NCBI GenBank assembly: GCA_044344255.1
Contig: JBIJDH010000010.1
Span: 64,001 to 128,000, forward strand
DNA: 64,000 nucleotides
Direction: 5' to 3'
Source: Myxococcota bacterium
GTDB taxonomy: Bacteria; Myxococcota_A; UBA796; UBA2385
Positions 31,115-42,889 of this stretch are shown piece by piece. The translations under genes were made by a program, and so were the position numbers. The first letter of the stretch is position 1. The number at the start of each line of letters is the position of its first letter. Under the pieces are notes generated by a model. That model saw nothing but the letters and a program-made list of their open reading frames with translations. It made no database searches and was not told where the DNA came from.

Positions 31115-32998
31115 ATGCTTCGTCATCTCACCGCCCTCTGTGTCTCGCTCACCCTTGTGGGCTGCACAGACTCCGCCAGCCCGGGTCACGCCGCTTGGGA
31201 GACGGGCGAGGTGGTGGGCTCGCTCGTGGTGTCGGCCGACGAGACGGCCCTCTATGCCCCCCTCACCGACGACGGGGCCGTGGTCCGCTACGAGATCGCG
31301 TCCAGCGCCGTGGGGCGGCTCGAGCTGCCCGGCGCGCCGACCCGCCTCGCCCGCCACGACGGCCGGCTGCTCGTGAGCCTGAGGGCCGATCGCTCCATCG
31401 CCGCCCTCGAAGAGGTCGACGGCGCCCTGATCGTGGTCGAGCACACCGAGGTCGGGGCCGAGCCGGTGGGCATCGCGGTGCGGGGCGACGGAGAGCGGGT
31501 CTATGTGGCCCTCTCCACCGAGCAGGCGGTGGTGGAGCTCGATCACGAGCTGCGACCCCTCCGGCGCTTCGCGGTCTCGGGCAACCCCGAGTGGGTCACC
31601 CTGCACCCGAGCGGCGAGCGGCTCTACGTCGGCACCGTCACCTCGGGCGCCTCCTCCATTGACCTCGCCCAGGACGAGCCCCTGGCGGAGCCCATCGTAT
31701 TGCCCGAGGTCATGGGCATGGTGAAGCGGGTCACCGGCGACATGGCGGTCAGCCCCGACGGCCGTCGCCTCGCCGTCCCCGCGATCTGGCAGGACGTGAT
31801 GCGGCCCTCCAACCACACCGATGAGGAGGCGGCGCTGATCGACCCCGCGGTCAAGTACGAGGAGATCGGCCTCGGCCTCACCGCCAACAACCCCGCCGTG
31901 GTCCTCTACGACCTCGACGCGCACGGCCTCCCCGCGGAGGAGGGCGTGGCTTTGTATGCGGTCGGCGAGGCCATCACCACAGCCGGCGAGGCGCCGCGGC
32001 CGGTCCGCAGCATCCTCACCAACGTCACCTGGGCCCCCGACGGGGAGACCGTGCTGGCCGCGATGGAGGGCTCCCGGGTGGCGGCGGCCCTCGACGTCGA
32101 TCCCGCCCACTTCGCCCCCTTCCTGAGCGGCCTGCTCACCGCCCCGCTCACCTTCATCGGCACCGGGCAGCAGGGCGTCTCCGGCATCGCCTTCCTGGGG
32201 GGACAGCGGGCCTTCGCGCTGCACTGGCTCGACCGCTCCCTCTCCGAGCTCGACTACCCGAGCGCCCGCGCCGAGCTCGACCTCCAGCGCGAGGGCGCCG
32301 AGCCCATGCCCCTCTTCGTCGACGCCGCGGTCTCGCTCGGCGCCTCCACCCTCGACCCCGTCGTCGAGGAGGGCCGCCTCCTCTTCCACGCGGCGGTCAA
32401 CCCCGTGATGTCGACCTCGCTGTCGGGCGTGTCCTGCTCCACCTGCCACGCGGGCGGGCGCACGAGCGGCATCAACACGATGGAGCGGGACCTCATCCCC
32501 CGGCAGGTGCCCTCCTTCGCCGGCCCCGTCTCCGGCACCGCACCCTTCACCTGGAACAACGACATCGCCTCGATCTCCGACGAGATCATGATCACGAGCC
32601 AGATCCGGCTCGGCGGCCGCGGCATCACCGAGGCGCAGCTCGCGGCCCTCGAGGCCTACATCGACTTCATCCCCGACGCCGACACGCCGGAGAAGGGCTC
32701 GCGCTCCCCCGCGGCGCTGCGCGGCGAGGCGCTCTTCAACCGCCAGGACGTCGGCTGCGCCGGCTGCCACAGCGGCCCCCGCTTCACCGACAACCAGAGC
32801 TACGACCTCTACCAGCTCGACGGCGTCAACACGCCCACCCTGGTCGGCCTCGTGGCCACCGCGCCCTACCTGCACGACGGCCGCGCCCTCACGCTGCGCG
32901 CCGTGCTCGAGACCACCCGCGGGGCGCAGATGGGCGACACCTCGATGCTCTCAACGGACGAGCTCGACGACCTCGAGGCCTATCTGCGCTCGCTCTGA
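31115..32998 (+). CDS. YncE-like beta-propeller plus di-heme cytochrome c (MauG/CcP-like) lipoprotein
   Basis: Lipobox LVGC; propeller repeats (VGAEPVGIAV); two heme motifs CSTCH and CAGCH; NTPTLVGL..TAPYLHDG. Confidence 0.85.
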   Translation: MLRHLTALCVSLTLVGCTDSASPGHAAWETGEVVGSLVVSADETALYAPLTDDGAVVRYEIASSAVGRLELPGAPTRLARHDGRLLVSLRADRSIAALEEVDGALIVVEHTEVGAEPVGIAVRGDGERVYVALSTEQAVVELDHELRPLRRFAVSGNPEWVTLHPSGERLYVGTVTSGASSIDLAQDEPLAEPIVLPEVMGMVKRVTGDMAVSPDGRRLAVPAIWQDVMRPSNHTDEEAALIDPAVKYEEIGLGLTANNPAVVLYDLDAHGLPAEEGVALYAVGEAITTAGEAPRPVRSILTNVTWAPDGETVLAAMEGSRVAAALDVDPAHFAPFLSGLLTAPLTFIGTGQQGVSGIAFLGGQRAFALHWLDRSLSELDYPSARAELDLQREGAEPMPLFVDAAVSLGASTLDPVVEEGRLLFHAAVNPVMSTSLSGVSCSTCHAGGRTSGINTMERDLIPRQVPSFAGPVSGTAPFTWNNDIASISDEIMITSQIRLGGRGITEAQLAALEAYIDFIPDADTPEKGSRSPAALRGEALFNRQDVGCAGCHSGPRFTDNQSYDLYQLDGVNTPTLVGLVATAPYLHDGRALTLRAVLETTRGAQMGDTSMLSTDELDDLEAYLRSL

Positions 32999-33081
32999 AG
33001 CAGACGGGAGCCTGACGGTGGAAGTCCGCGAAAGTGTCGGTCGGGACGGGCACCGATAGGAGAGCTCCGTCTGGAGCCCCG

Positions 33082-34467
33082 ATGTCCCTCCCGCCGCTCA
33101 CCGCCCCCCTGCGCACCATCACGCTCGTGCTCACGCTGCTCGGCGCGGGGCTCTTCGCCGCCGGCTGGGGCGGCCCCGCCTCGGCCCAGGCCACGGCCGC
33201 GACCACGCCTACGGTCACGGCCACGACCACGGTCGAAGCCACCGCCCAGGCCAGCGCCGCGCCCGAGGACGCGGTCCTGCGGCAGGCCGCGCTGTGGAAG
33301 ATCGCGCTCGGTGCGGGTGGCTTCCTCCTGGTGAGCGCCTCGCTCGGCCGGCTGCTCCAGCTCGGCGGCCTCCGGCAGCGGCTGCTCTCCCGCGCGGCCG
33401 AGTGGGAGGAGCGCCTCGCCGACCTCGAGGCGCCCCTCGACCGCCTCGGCCTCGACCGGGACAGCCTCCGCGCGCAGCTCGGGGCACCCCGCCAAACCGG
33501 CGCCCTGGCCGCCGAGGTCGCGGCCGACCTCGATCGGATCGTGGGCGAGCTCGCCGCCATGCGCACCCACATCGCCCGCTGCCGCGCGCCGGCGCTCGGG
33601 GGCTTCGCCCTACGCGCAGGGCCGCTCCAGGGCGCCCTCCTCGCGCTCGAGAGCCCCTTCGAGTTCGACACGGGCACTCTCCCCGCGGCGCTGCGCCTGC
33701 GGTCGAAGGGCGAGGTGCTCCGCCTCGCGGGCGCCACGCGGGTGGACTCGCTGCCCGGCGCCGTGGTCGAGCTCTCCCTCAAGATCAACCGCCTGCGGCT
33801 GGCCGCCGCGGCGTCCCACCGGAGGACCCGCGCCGAGCTCCCCTTCGACCGACTCCAGCGCTGGACCGAGCGCCTCGCCGCCCTCGGCCTCGCCCCCGCC
33901 TGGCTCCAGCACCACCCCCTCTGCGAGGCTGAGGCGATCGAGGCGGAGCTGGAGGCCGTCCGGCGGACCGATCCTGCGCGATGGATCGACGAGCTCCCCC
34001 GCACCCAGCACGCGGTCCGGGCCGCCGAAGAGCGGCTCCACGCCCTGACGGACAGCCTCGACGCGATCGCGGTCGTCCGCTTCACCCTGCCGGAGCTGCC
34101 CGACTGCGGGATCTCCCCCGAAGATGACCCTGCGCGCACGCTCGGCGACGCCGCCCGGGGCGAGGCACACCTCCGCCGCTCCCTCGAGGCGATCGAGCTC
34201 GAGCCGAGCATCCAGGGAGCGATGGCGCTCCTCAACCTCTACCGCCGCGCGCAAGCGCAGGTGCAGGCCATCGACGCGGCGGTCGCGCCCGCGCCTCCTC
34301 GAGAGGGCGGCGGTCTCTCGAACGTGCGCCGCTCAGTAGTGGGGCGGCGGCTCGTGGCCGGGGACACCCTCGGTGAGGCCGCCGGACTGCCCGTCCTGGC
34401 GGAGACCCTCCACCTCGCGGCGGAGCCGGAGCACCTCGTCGTAGAGCTCGCGCACCACGCCGTCTAG
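33082..34467 (+). CDS. Hypothetical membrane-anchored helical protein
   Basis: ATG after GGAG; two hydrophobic segments then an Ala/Leu/Arg/Glu-rich region. The 3' end overlaps slyX by 135 nt. Confidence 0.5.
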   Translation: MSLPPLTAPLRTITLVLTLLGAGLFAAGWGGPASAQATAATTPTVTATTTVEATAQASAAPEDAVLRQAALWKIALGAGGFLLVSASLGRLLQLGGLRQRLLSRAAEWEERLADLEAPLDRLGLDRDSLRAQLGAPRQTGALAAEVAADLDRIVGELAAMRTHIARCRAPALGGFALRAGPLQGALLALESPFEFDTGTLPAALRLRSKGEVLRLAGATRVDSLPGAVVELSLKINRLRLAAAASHRRTRAELPFDRLQRWTERLAALGLAPAWLQHHPLCEAEAIEAELEAVRRTDPARWIDELPRTQHAVRAAEERLHALTDSLDAIAVVRFTLPELPDCGISPEDDPARTLGDAARGEAHLRRSLEAIELEPSIQGAMALLNLYRRAQAQVQAIDAAVAPAPPREGGGLSNVRRSVVGRRLVAGDTLGEAAGLPVLAETLHLAAEPEHLVVELAHHAV

Positions 34468-34545
34468 CTCGGAGAGCTGGCGCTCCGTCCAGGCGAGGCG
34501 GGCTTCGAGGTCGGTGGTGCGGTCGTCGGGGGTAGGGTCGTTCAT
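34333..34545 (-). CDS. slyX: SlyX family protein
   Basis: DLEARLAW..RQLSELD coiled coil and C-terminal EPPPHY signature. Confidence 0.85.
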   Translation of the reverse strand: MNDPTPDDRTTDLEARLAWTERQLSELDGVVRELYDEVLRLRREVEGLRQDGQSGGLTEGVPGHEPPPHY

Positions 34546-35492
34546 CGGGGAGGGCTATCCCCGGGGTCGACCGGTCGGCCACGCCGGGCGACCGCCGAAC
34601 CGCCTGGGCGCGGGCCGGTGGGGACGAAGCGGAAGCCGAGGCGGAGCTCGAGGCCGTGGTCGTCGAGCACGTCCACGCCGCGCCCATCGCTGTGGCCGAG
34701 CCCCCCGTAGAGCTGCGCCGTCCAGCCGCTGTCGCTCAAGAGCTCGAGGCCGAGCTCGGCCTGTCGGGTGTAGGCCCAGGGCCGCGCGAGGTCGGGCCGG
34801 GCGCCGAAGTCTTCAGGGTGCAGGTCCTGGGCCACCGCCTCGACGAAGCCGGCGAGGTAGGGGGCCGCCACCCGCCCGACCGGCGCCCGCAGACCGACGT
34901 CGAGGGAGGCCCCCCACGTCTGGCCGCGCAGGCCGTGGGCGACCGAGGGGGTAAAGAACCGCACCGCCGGCACGAGCTGGAGGTCGAGGTGGTCGCCCGC
35001 GAGGGCGCGGCGGTGGCCGAGGCGGGCCCGCAGGTACTCGTAGGAGCTGAAGGTCTCGTTCACGAAGTACCGGCTCGTGACCGCCTCGCCGCCGTAGGCC
35101 CAGATCCAGGCGTCCCAGTCGGCGACGTGGTCGCTCTCGTGGACGTAGCCGAGCTCGGCCCAGCTCCGGTCGCGGCCGGGGGTGCGGGCGTCGAGGCCGT
35201 CGAGGCCGGCGAGCAGCCGCCAGCCGAAGCTCGCGCGGAAGCTCTGCCAGGGCACGGGCATGCTGTCATCGAAGTTGATGAGCTCGACGAAGCCGTCGAA
35301 GCTCAGGCCGAGGCGGACGCGGGGGCCCACCCGGCCCACGAGCAGGTTCGAGGTGCCCCCCATCGCCTCCCAGCGACCGCCGCTCACCGTGTAGCGGAGC
35401 TCGGGGTCGTCGGGGTCGAGGAGGGGCGCTGCGTCGAGCCAGTCGACCACCGGGTCGAGGGCGTCCCAGTCCCCCGCGTGGTCGAGGTCCAT
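34542..35492 (-). CDS. Hypothetical protein, possible outer-membrane beta-barrel
   Basis: Alternating amphipathic strands, YVHESDH motif and near-terminal LRLGFRF; lies between icd and slyX with tight spacing; no clear signal peptide. Confidence 0.55.
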   Translation of the reverse strand: MDLDHAGDWDALDPVVDWLDAAPLLDPDDPELRYTVSGGRWEAMGGTSNLLVGRVGPRVRLGLSFDGFVELINFDDSMPVPWQSFRASFGWRLLAGLDGLDARTPGRDRSWAELGYVHESDHVADWDAWIWAYGGEAVTSRYFVNETFSSYEYLRARLGHRRALAGDHLDLQLVPAVRFFTPSVAHGLRGQTWGASLDVGLRAPVGRVAAPYLAGFVEAVAQDLHPEDFGARPDLARPWAYTRQAELGLELLSDSGWTAQLYGGLGHSDGRGVDVLDDHGLELRLGFRFVPTGPRPGGSAVARRGRPVDPGDSPPR

Positions 35493-35498
35493 CCCGGA

Positions 35499-37814
<2,316 letters not shown>

Positions 37815-37855
37815 TCAGGCTATCTTGAGGCCCCCTCACCCCCGACGAAGGTCCC

Positions 37856-38137
37856 ATGGCTGATCCCCACCGACCCGCACCCGACCTCGAGGCCCGCAGG
37901 CGGGCCCTGCGCGCCGATCTCAGCGATATGTTCATCGTGCCGCGCCGGATCGGCCTCGTCGGCTGTGCGCTGTCGGCCGTGGGCCTCATCACCTCGGGCG
38001 CGCAGCTCGGCCCTCAGGTGGTCGGCTCCTGGCTGCTCCTGCTCGCGAGCTGGACCCTGCTCGGCTGGGTGATCTACCACCGCAGCCGATACGCGAAGCA
38101 GGTCATGGCGACCTGGCCACCCGAACAAGAGAGCTGA
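37856..38137 (+). CDS. Small two-TM membrane protein
   Basis: 93 aa with two hydrophobic helices. Confidence 0.6.
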   Translation: MADPHRPAPDLEARRRALRADLSDMFIVPRRIGLVGCALSAVGLITSGAQLGPQVVGSWLLLLASWTLLGWVIYHRSRYAKQVMATWPPEQES

Positions 38138-38176
38138 GCGCCGCGGCCCCCGCGCCGCGGCCCATCGCGACCCGGC

Positions 38177-39226
38177 TCAGGGCGCGTCCGCGGGGCAGAG
38201 GGAGGCCACGTCGAGGTGGGTCTCCGAGCCCCACCCGGCCTCCACGGTGTCGGCCACGAGGGCGCCAGAGAAGGCGCCGAGCAGCCGCACCTGCCCGTCC
38301 GGCGCGTAGACGAGGGCGTTGATGAGCGAGCCGTCGTTGAGGCTGACCGTGCCGCCGCCGATCAGGTAGACGCGGAGCTGCTCGGGCGCGCCGCCGGGGT
38401 TCATCGAGGCGCCCCAGCTCAGCGTGAGGTCACCGGTGACATAGAGCTCGAGCGAGAGGCCGCTCGGGATCTCGAGGGCGCCGCCCTCGTTGGCGAAGTC
38501 GGTCACGAGCAGGCGGCTGTCGGCGGTGAGCGCGGCGGTGGAGCCGTAGCCGATACGCAGGCTGTCGAATTGGGCGTCCCCATCGAAGTCGTGGTGCTCC
38601 TCCCAGCCGAGGTAGAGGTCACCCGAGGAGGCGGGGAGGTCGGTGGGCGCGGCCACGGTCGGGAGGGTGGCGGGGGCCGGGAGCTGCACCACCCCGCCGC
38701 TGACCGATACCCCCCAGACCTCACAGTAGGCGGTGGCAGGGTCCAGGCCGACATAGACGGTGCCGCTCACCGTCGCCCCGTTGCTGAGCGCGCACTCCCC
38801 GGACCCGTTCACGGCGAGGGTGGCGTCGCTGCCGATGTTGCCGCCGCCGTAGTCCCCGATCGCGGCGTCGTAGCTGTCGAAGGCGGCCCCGTACGCGAGG
38901 GTGGCCGAGCTGCCCGCGATGAGGCCGTATTCGAAACAAAAGGCGGGGTCGTCGGGGGGATCCCCCCCGGTGTCGCCGGTGTCGGCGCCGCCGTCCGCCC
39001 CGTCCGCCCCGTCTGTGCCGTCGGTCCCGTCTGCGCCGTCGGCCCCATCGGTCCCGTCGGTCCCGTCGGTCCCGTCGGTCCCGTCGGTCCCGTCGGTGTC
39101 GATACCGCCGTCGCCTCCCCCTGCGATGTCCTCCCCGGCGCTACCCTCGATCGACGCCTTGGAGGCCCCGCAGGCGGAGAGGCCGAGCAGGAGGGGGAGG
39201 AGACAGGAGAGGTGCGGGGCTCTCAT
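38177..39226 (-). CDS. Lipoprotein with (DGT/DGA)n linker and C-terminal beta-solenoid adhesin-like domain
   Basis: Lipobox LSACG; 9-bp repeats at about 38990-39100; FDSYD, LYVTGD and ALVYAP..FSGALVA..HLD pattern typical of beta-helix domains. Confidence 0.7.
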   Translation of the reverse strand: MRAPHLSCLLPLLLGLSACGASKASIEGSAGEDIAGGGDGGIDTDGTDGTDGTDGTDGTDGADGADGTDGTDGADGADGGADTGDTGGDPPDDPAFCFEYGLIAGSSATLAYGAAFDSYDAAIGDYGGGNIGSDATLAVNGSGECALSNGATVSGTVYVGLDPATAYCEVWGVSVSGGVVQLPAPATLPTVAAPTDLPASSGDLYLGWEEHHDFDGDAQFDSLRIGYGSTAALTADSRLLVTDFANEGGALEIPSGLSLELYVTGDLTLSWGASMNPGGAPEQLRVYLIGGGTVSLNDGSLINALVYAPDGQVRLLGAFSGALVADTVEAGWGSETHLDVASLCPADAP

Positions 39227-39275
39227 GAGGGCCAGTGTACACCCGCGCGAGCGCCCCTCGGCCCCAGGGCGCCCC

Positions 39276-40472
39276 TCAGGCCCAGGCCACGAGCAAGAAG
39301 GTGGCGGCGGCCCCGAAGGCCAGCGCCGGCACCGCCCCGCAGAGGAACCAGTAGAGCTGCTCCTGGACGTACTTCCCGAACCAGCGCTCCACCAGCTTGT
39401 ACTGGAACATCCCGATGTTGATGACCATCGCGATCGCCAGCGCCGCGTAGTTGAGCGCGAAGAGGCGGGTGACCGTGTTGTCACCCGAGGCCAGCGAGGA
39501 GTACTCGGAGTTCACCGTGAAGTTGAGGGCGATGACCGCGAAGAGCCCGCCGATGACGATGTTGGCGAGCTCGAAGGCGTCCACCTCGAAGTCTCCCTCG
39601 TCGCTCACCTTTTGGAGCCAGATGGCGATCATCGGGATGAGGAGCGACGAGAAGAGCGGGATGAACAGCGTGGGGACCACGCTCATCCACAGCCGCTGGG
39701 CGTTCAGGCTGGCGATCACGCGGGCGTGCTCGCGCTCGTGCCACCCGAGGAGGGGGGCCGCGCTCAGATCGACGGTGCCGACGCTCCAGCCCCCGAGGGA
39801 GACGCCCTCCTGGGCGTGGCTGAAGGCGACGTCTTCTCCATGAAACTCGAGGCCGACCTCCTCGGTGGAGGCCTCGCGGACCACGACGGCCACCTCGAGG
39901 GCCTGCCGGTCGAAGGGGAAGCTCTGCTCGTCCAGCGTGGTCGCGAAGGTGCCGCGGGTGCGCTCGAGGAGCTCGATCTGGCCACCCTTGGTGACGAAGA
40001 GGCCCCGCTCTCGAAAGGCGGGATCGCCGACGAGGTTGTCGATCTCGACCCGCGGCGCGCCGAGCTCGGCGAGGGCCGCCTCTACCGCTTCGCCGTGGCG
40101 CTCCATCGGGGGCGCGCCGCGCCGCGTCCAGACGAGGCGGGTGTCAACCGTGGCGTCGAAGGTCTGCTCATTCTCGTCGATCCCGTCGAGCGCCACAAAC
40201 TGAACACCGACTCGAACCGGCAAGGCCTGCCCGTTCGCGCCGAGGGCGCCCGCAGGGGGCGGCGCCACCCGCGCGGCGACCGGGGCGACCGGGGCGACCT
40301 CCGGAGGCGCCGCCTCCGCCTCGACCAGCGGGGCCGCGATCTGGGCCGCCTTCGCTCCCTTCGCGGCCTTCGCCCCCTTCGCCCCCTTGGCGGCGTCCGC
40401 CCCCGGGCCGAGGGCGAAGAGGCAGACGAGGCCGATCGGGACCAGGGCGGCGAGGCGCCAGGCCCGCCTCAC
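39276..40472 (-). CDS. Prokaryotic pentameric ligand-gated ion channel (GLIC/ELIC-like Pro-loop receptor)
   Basis: Signal peptide; VRVGVQF..IDENEQTFDA..LVW; Pro-loop FPFDRQ; four C-terminal TM helices with Pro in M1. Confidence 0.8.
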   Translation of the reverse strand: MRRAWRLAALVPIGLVCLFALGPGADAAKGAKGAKAAKGAKAAQIAAPLVEAEAAPPEVAPVAPVAARVAPPPAGALGANGQALPVRVGVQFVALDGIDENEQTFDATVDTRLVWTRRGAPPMERHGEAVEAALAELGAPRVEIDNLVGDPAFRERGLFVTKGGQIELLERTRGTFATTLDEQSFPFDRQALEVAVVVREASTEEVGLEFHGEDVAFSHAQEGVSLGGWSVGTVDLSAAPLLGWHEREHARVIASLNAQRLWMSVVPTLFIPLFSSLLIPMIAIWLQKVSDEGDFEVDAFELANIVIGGLFAVIALNFTVNSEYSSLASGDNTVTRLFALNYAALAIAMVINIGMFQYKLVERWFGKYVQEQLYWFLCGAVPALAFGAAATFLLVAWA

Positions 40473-41590
40473 TTCTCACCGCCCGGCTCGCGGAGCGCCT
40501 CATACGCGCGGCCCATCTGCTGGAGCTCCTCGGGGAGTCCGGCGCTGTCGAAGGGCTGGCTGCGGTCGCCGCCGGCCAGGGCCTCGAGCCGCCGGGCGAG
40601 GAGCTCGGCCGGGCGGGTGAGCAGCCCCCGCACGCTGACGAGGATGACGCCCGCGCAGAGCACGGAGCCCACGAGCACCATGAAGCCCTGCCAGACCACC
40701 ATCCGGGAGGCGGTGGCCCGCGAGCTCGTGAAGTCACCCGAGACGGCGAACATGCCGATGGTGGTGCCCGCGTGGTCCTTCACGGGGAGGAGCACCACGC
40801 CGTAGGGCACGCCGAAGGCCTCGCGGACATAGTCCTGGCTCGCCGTGCTCGCGAGGTCGCGGTCGCTCACCAGGGCGGCCATCCGCTCGCGGTGGGTGGT
40901 GTAGAAGCGCACGTAGGGGCCCACCCGGTTGGCCTCGGTGAGCACGTCGCCGGCGAGGTGGGTCGAGATCTCGCGCAGCAGCGCCTCGTTGAAGAAGATG
41001 GCCGCGTCGAGGCCATAGGCCGACTTGATGCCGTCGATGATCGGGCCGTAGTCGAGGCCGAACTCGATGGTGCCGAGGTGGGCGCCCTCGCTGTCGGTGA
41101 TCGGGGCCACACCCACGATCGAGGCGCCGGAGCGGGAGATCGAGACGCCCTTGATCGGCTGGCGTCGCTCGTTGGCCTCGACGATCATCGGCCGGTAGGC
41201 GCTGAGGTCCTCGCCGATGCCGTCCTTCGGAGAGTGGAGGCGCAAGAACATGGTGGCGGGGGGCACGGCGATGGCGGCCTGGCGCACGCCGAAGCGCTCT
41301 TTCTGCACGCGGAAGGAGTCGCCCACGTCGGCGTAGAGCGCCTCGCGGTCGCCGCTCTTCATGGCCCGCCGCACGCCCTCGAGGCGGGCGTAGATCTCCG
41401 CGTCGGCCAGCGCCTTGTCCTCGGCGTCGGCGAGGGTCTTGGTGGCGACGGAGCGCATGAGGCCGAGGCGGTCGGCCTCGGTCTGGGCGATGAGGCCCGA
41501 GAAGAGGCGCTGCGTGGCCACCGCCGTCAGCACGAGGACGAGGACCACCGCCGCGATCGACACGGTCGGTGCGCTCTTCTTGAAGGTCAT
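40469..41590 (-). CDS. Membrane sensor: TM - dCache_3-like domain - TM - HAMP, with no output domain
   Basis: FLRLHSP..GEDLS.YRPMIVEAN, GVAPI, GTIEFG; second TM then RPAELLARRLEALAGGD..EELQQMGRAY and stop. Confidence 0.8.
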   Translation of the reverse strand: MTFKKSAPTVSIAAVVLVLVLTAVATQRLFSGLIAQTEADRLGLMRSVATKTLADAEDKALADAEIYARLEGVRRAMKSGDREALYADVGDSFRVQKERFGVRQAAIAVPPATMFLRLHSPKDGIGEDLSAYRPMIVEANERRQPIKGVSISRSGASIVGVAPITDSEGAHLGTIEFGLDYGPIIDGIKSAYGLDAAIFFNEALLREISTHLAGDVLTEANRVGPYVRFYTTHRERMAALVSDRDLASTASQDYVREAFGVPYGVVLLPVKDHAGTTIGMFAVSGDFTSSRATASRMVVWQGFMVLVGSVLCAGVILVSVRGLLTRPAELLARRLEALAGGDRSQPFDSAGLPEELQQMGRAYEALREPGGEK

Positions 41591-41773
41591 CCCACTCCCG
41601 AGGGCCGCGCGTGATCCGGGGCACCGCGGCAGCTATCCAACCCGGCCGGGGCGGGCCTCTCAGACCAGGACATGACTCAAGGCAGGCCTTGGGCCCTCGA
41701 CAGCGGGCCGACCGCGCGTTTGGGGTCGAGATCGCCCTGCCCGCACCGCCGGGCTCGGTTAGCCGCCGACCCC

Positions 41774-42889
41774 ATGGACGTTGACGCCTTCTCGAATGAG
41801 CTCCAGGCCCTCGGCGCGGCCCTGCGCAAGCAGAGCCCGGAGCGCGACGTGGCCCACCTTCGGCGGGTCTCCGCCGTCGGTCGGCTGTTCACCCTGATCG
41901 GCTGGGCCACGGCCTGGATCGCGCCCAACCCGGTGTCGATGCTCGGGCTGTCGCTCGGCCGCTTCGCGCGCTGGGTGATGATCGCCCACCACGTCGCCCA
42001 CCGCGGCTACGACCGGGTGGGCGGGCCGCTGGGCAAGCCCTTCGGGGAGGGCTGGCGGCGCTACATCGACTGGTTCGACTGGATCTACCCCGCGGCCTGG
42101 AAGCACGAGCACAACACGCTCCACCACTACCGCTTGAACGAGGCGCGCGACCCCGACCTCGTCGAAGAGAACCTCCAGTGGCTCCGCGACAGCAGCGCCC
42201 CGCGCTTCGTGAAGTACATCGTCACCGTCGTGGCCGCGCTGACCTGGAAGTGGGTCTACTACGCCCCCAACACCCTCGGTGAGCTGCACCGCATCGACGA
42301 CAATCGCGAGGGGCTCGACCGCAACGTCCGCACCTGGAATCCCCTCAAGCCGGCCGGGCGAGACCTCTACTTGAAGAGCCTCTTCCCGTACCTCCTGCTC
42401 AATTTCGTGGTCCCCACGGCGCTCGGCTACCTCATCTCCCCCTGGGCGGCCCTCTCGGTGCTGATCAACAGCGTCGTCGGCGAGCTCCTCACGAGCGTGC
42501 ACACCTTCGCGGTGATCGTGCCCAACCACGCCGGTCGCGACCTCTATCGGTTCACCGATCCCCCCCAGGGCAAGGCGGACTTCTTCCTCCGCCAGGTGCT
42601 GGGCTCGGTGAACTTCCGCACCGGCGGGCAGGTCAACGACTTCCTGCACGGCTACTTGAACTACCAGATCGAGCACCACCTCTGGCCCGATATGCCGATG
42701 ATGGCCTACGCCCGCGCCGCGCCGCAGGTCAAGGCGCTCTGCCAACGGTACGGTGTCCCCTATGTCCAAGAGTCTGTCTTCGCTCGGATCTGGAAGACCG
42801 TCCGGATCTACTCGGGTGAAGACTCGATGAAGGTGGCGAGCAGCGGCCTCTCCTGGGCGCAGGCCGACACGACCCCTCAGCGGGCGTAG
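41774..42889 (+). CDS. Membrane fatty acid desaturase
   Basis: His boxes HHVAH, HNTLHH and QIEHHLWP. Confidence 0.9.
   Translation: MDVDAFSNELQALGAALRKQSPERDVAHLRRVSAVGRLFTLIGWATAWIAPNPVSMLGLSLGRFARWVMIAHHVAHRGYDRVGGPLGKPFGEGWRRYIDWFDWIYPAAWKHEHNTLHHYRLNEARDPDLVEENLQWLRDSSAPRFVKYIVTVVAALTWKWVYYAPNTLGELHRIDDNREGLDRNVRTWNPLKPAGRDLYLKSLFPYLLLNFVVPTALGYLISPWAALSVLINSVVGELLTSVHTFAVIVPNHAGRDLYRFTDPPQGKADFFLRQVLGSVNFRTGGQVNDFLHGYLNYQIEHHLWPDMPMMAYARAAPQVKALCQRYGVPYVQESVFARIWKTVRIYSGEDSMKVASSGLSWAQADTTPQRA

Noticed and set aside
31007..32875. N-terminal half of the 1179-aa ORF 29336..32875
   Set aside because: It is an antisense shadow of the cytochrome c gene; only the FG-GAP part is credible.
34333..34467. 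Functional overlapping genes (slyX vs the 3' end of 33082..34467)
   Set aside because: The overlapping tail looks like read-through after a lost stop, and nothing supports dual coding.
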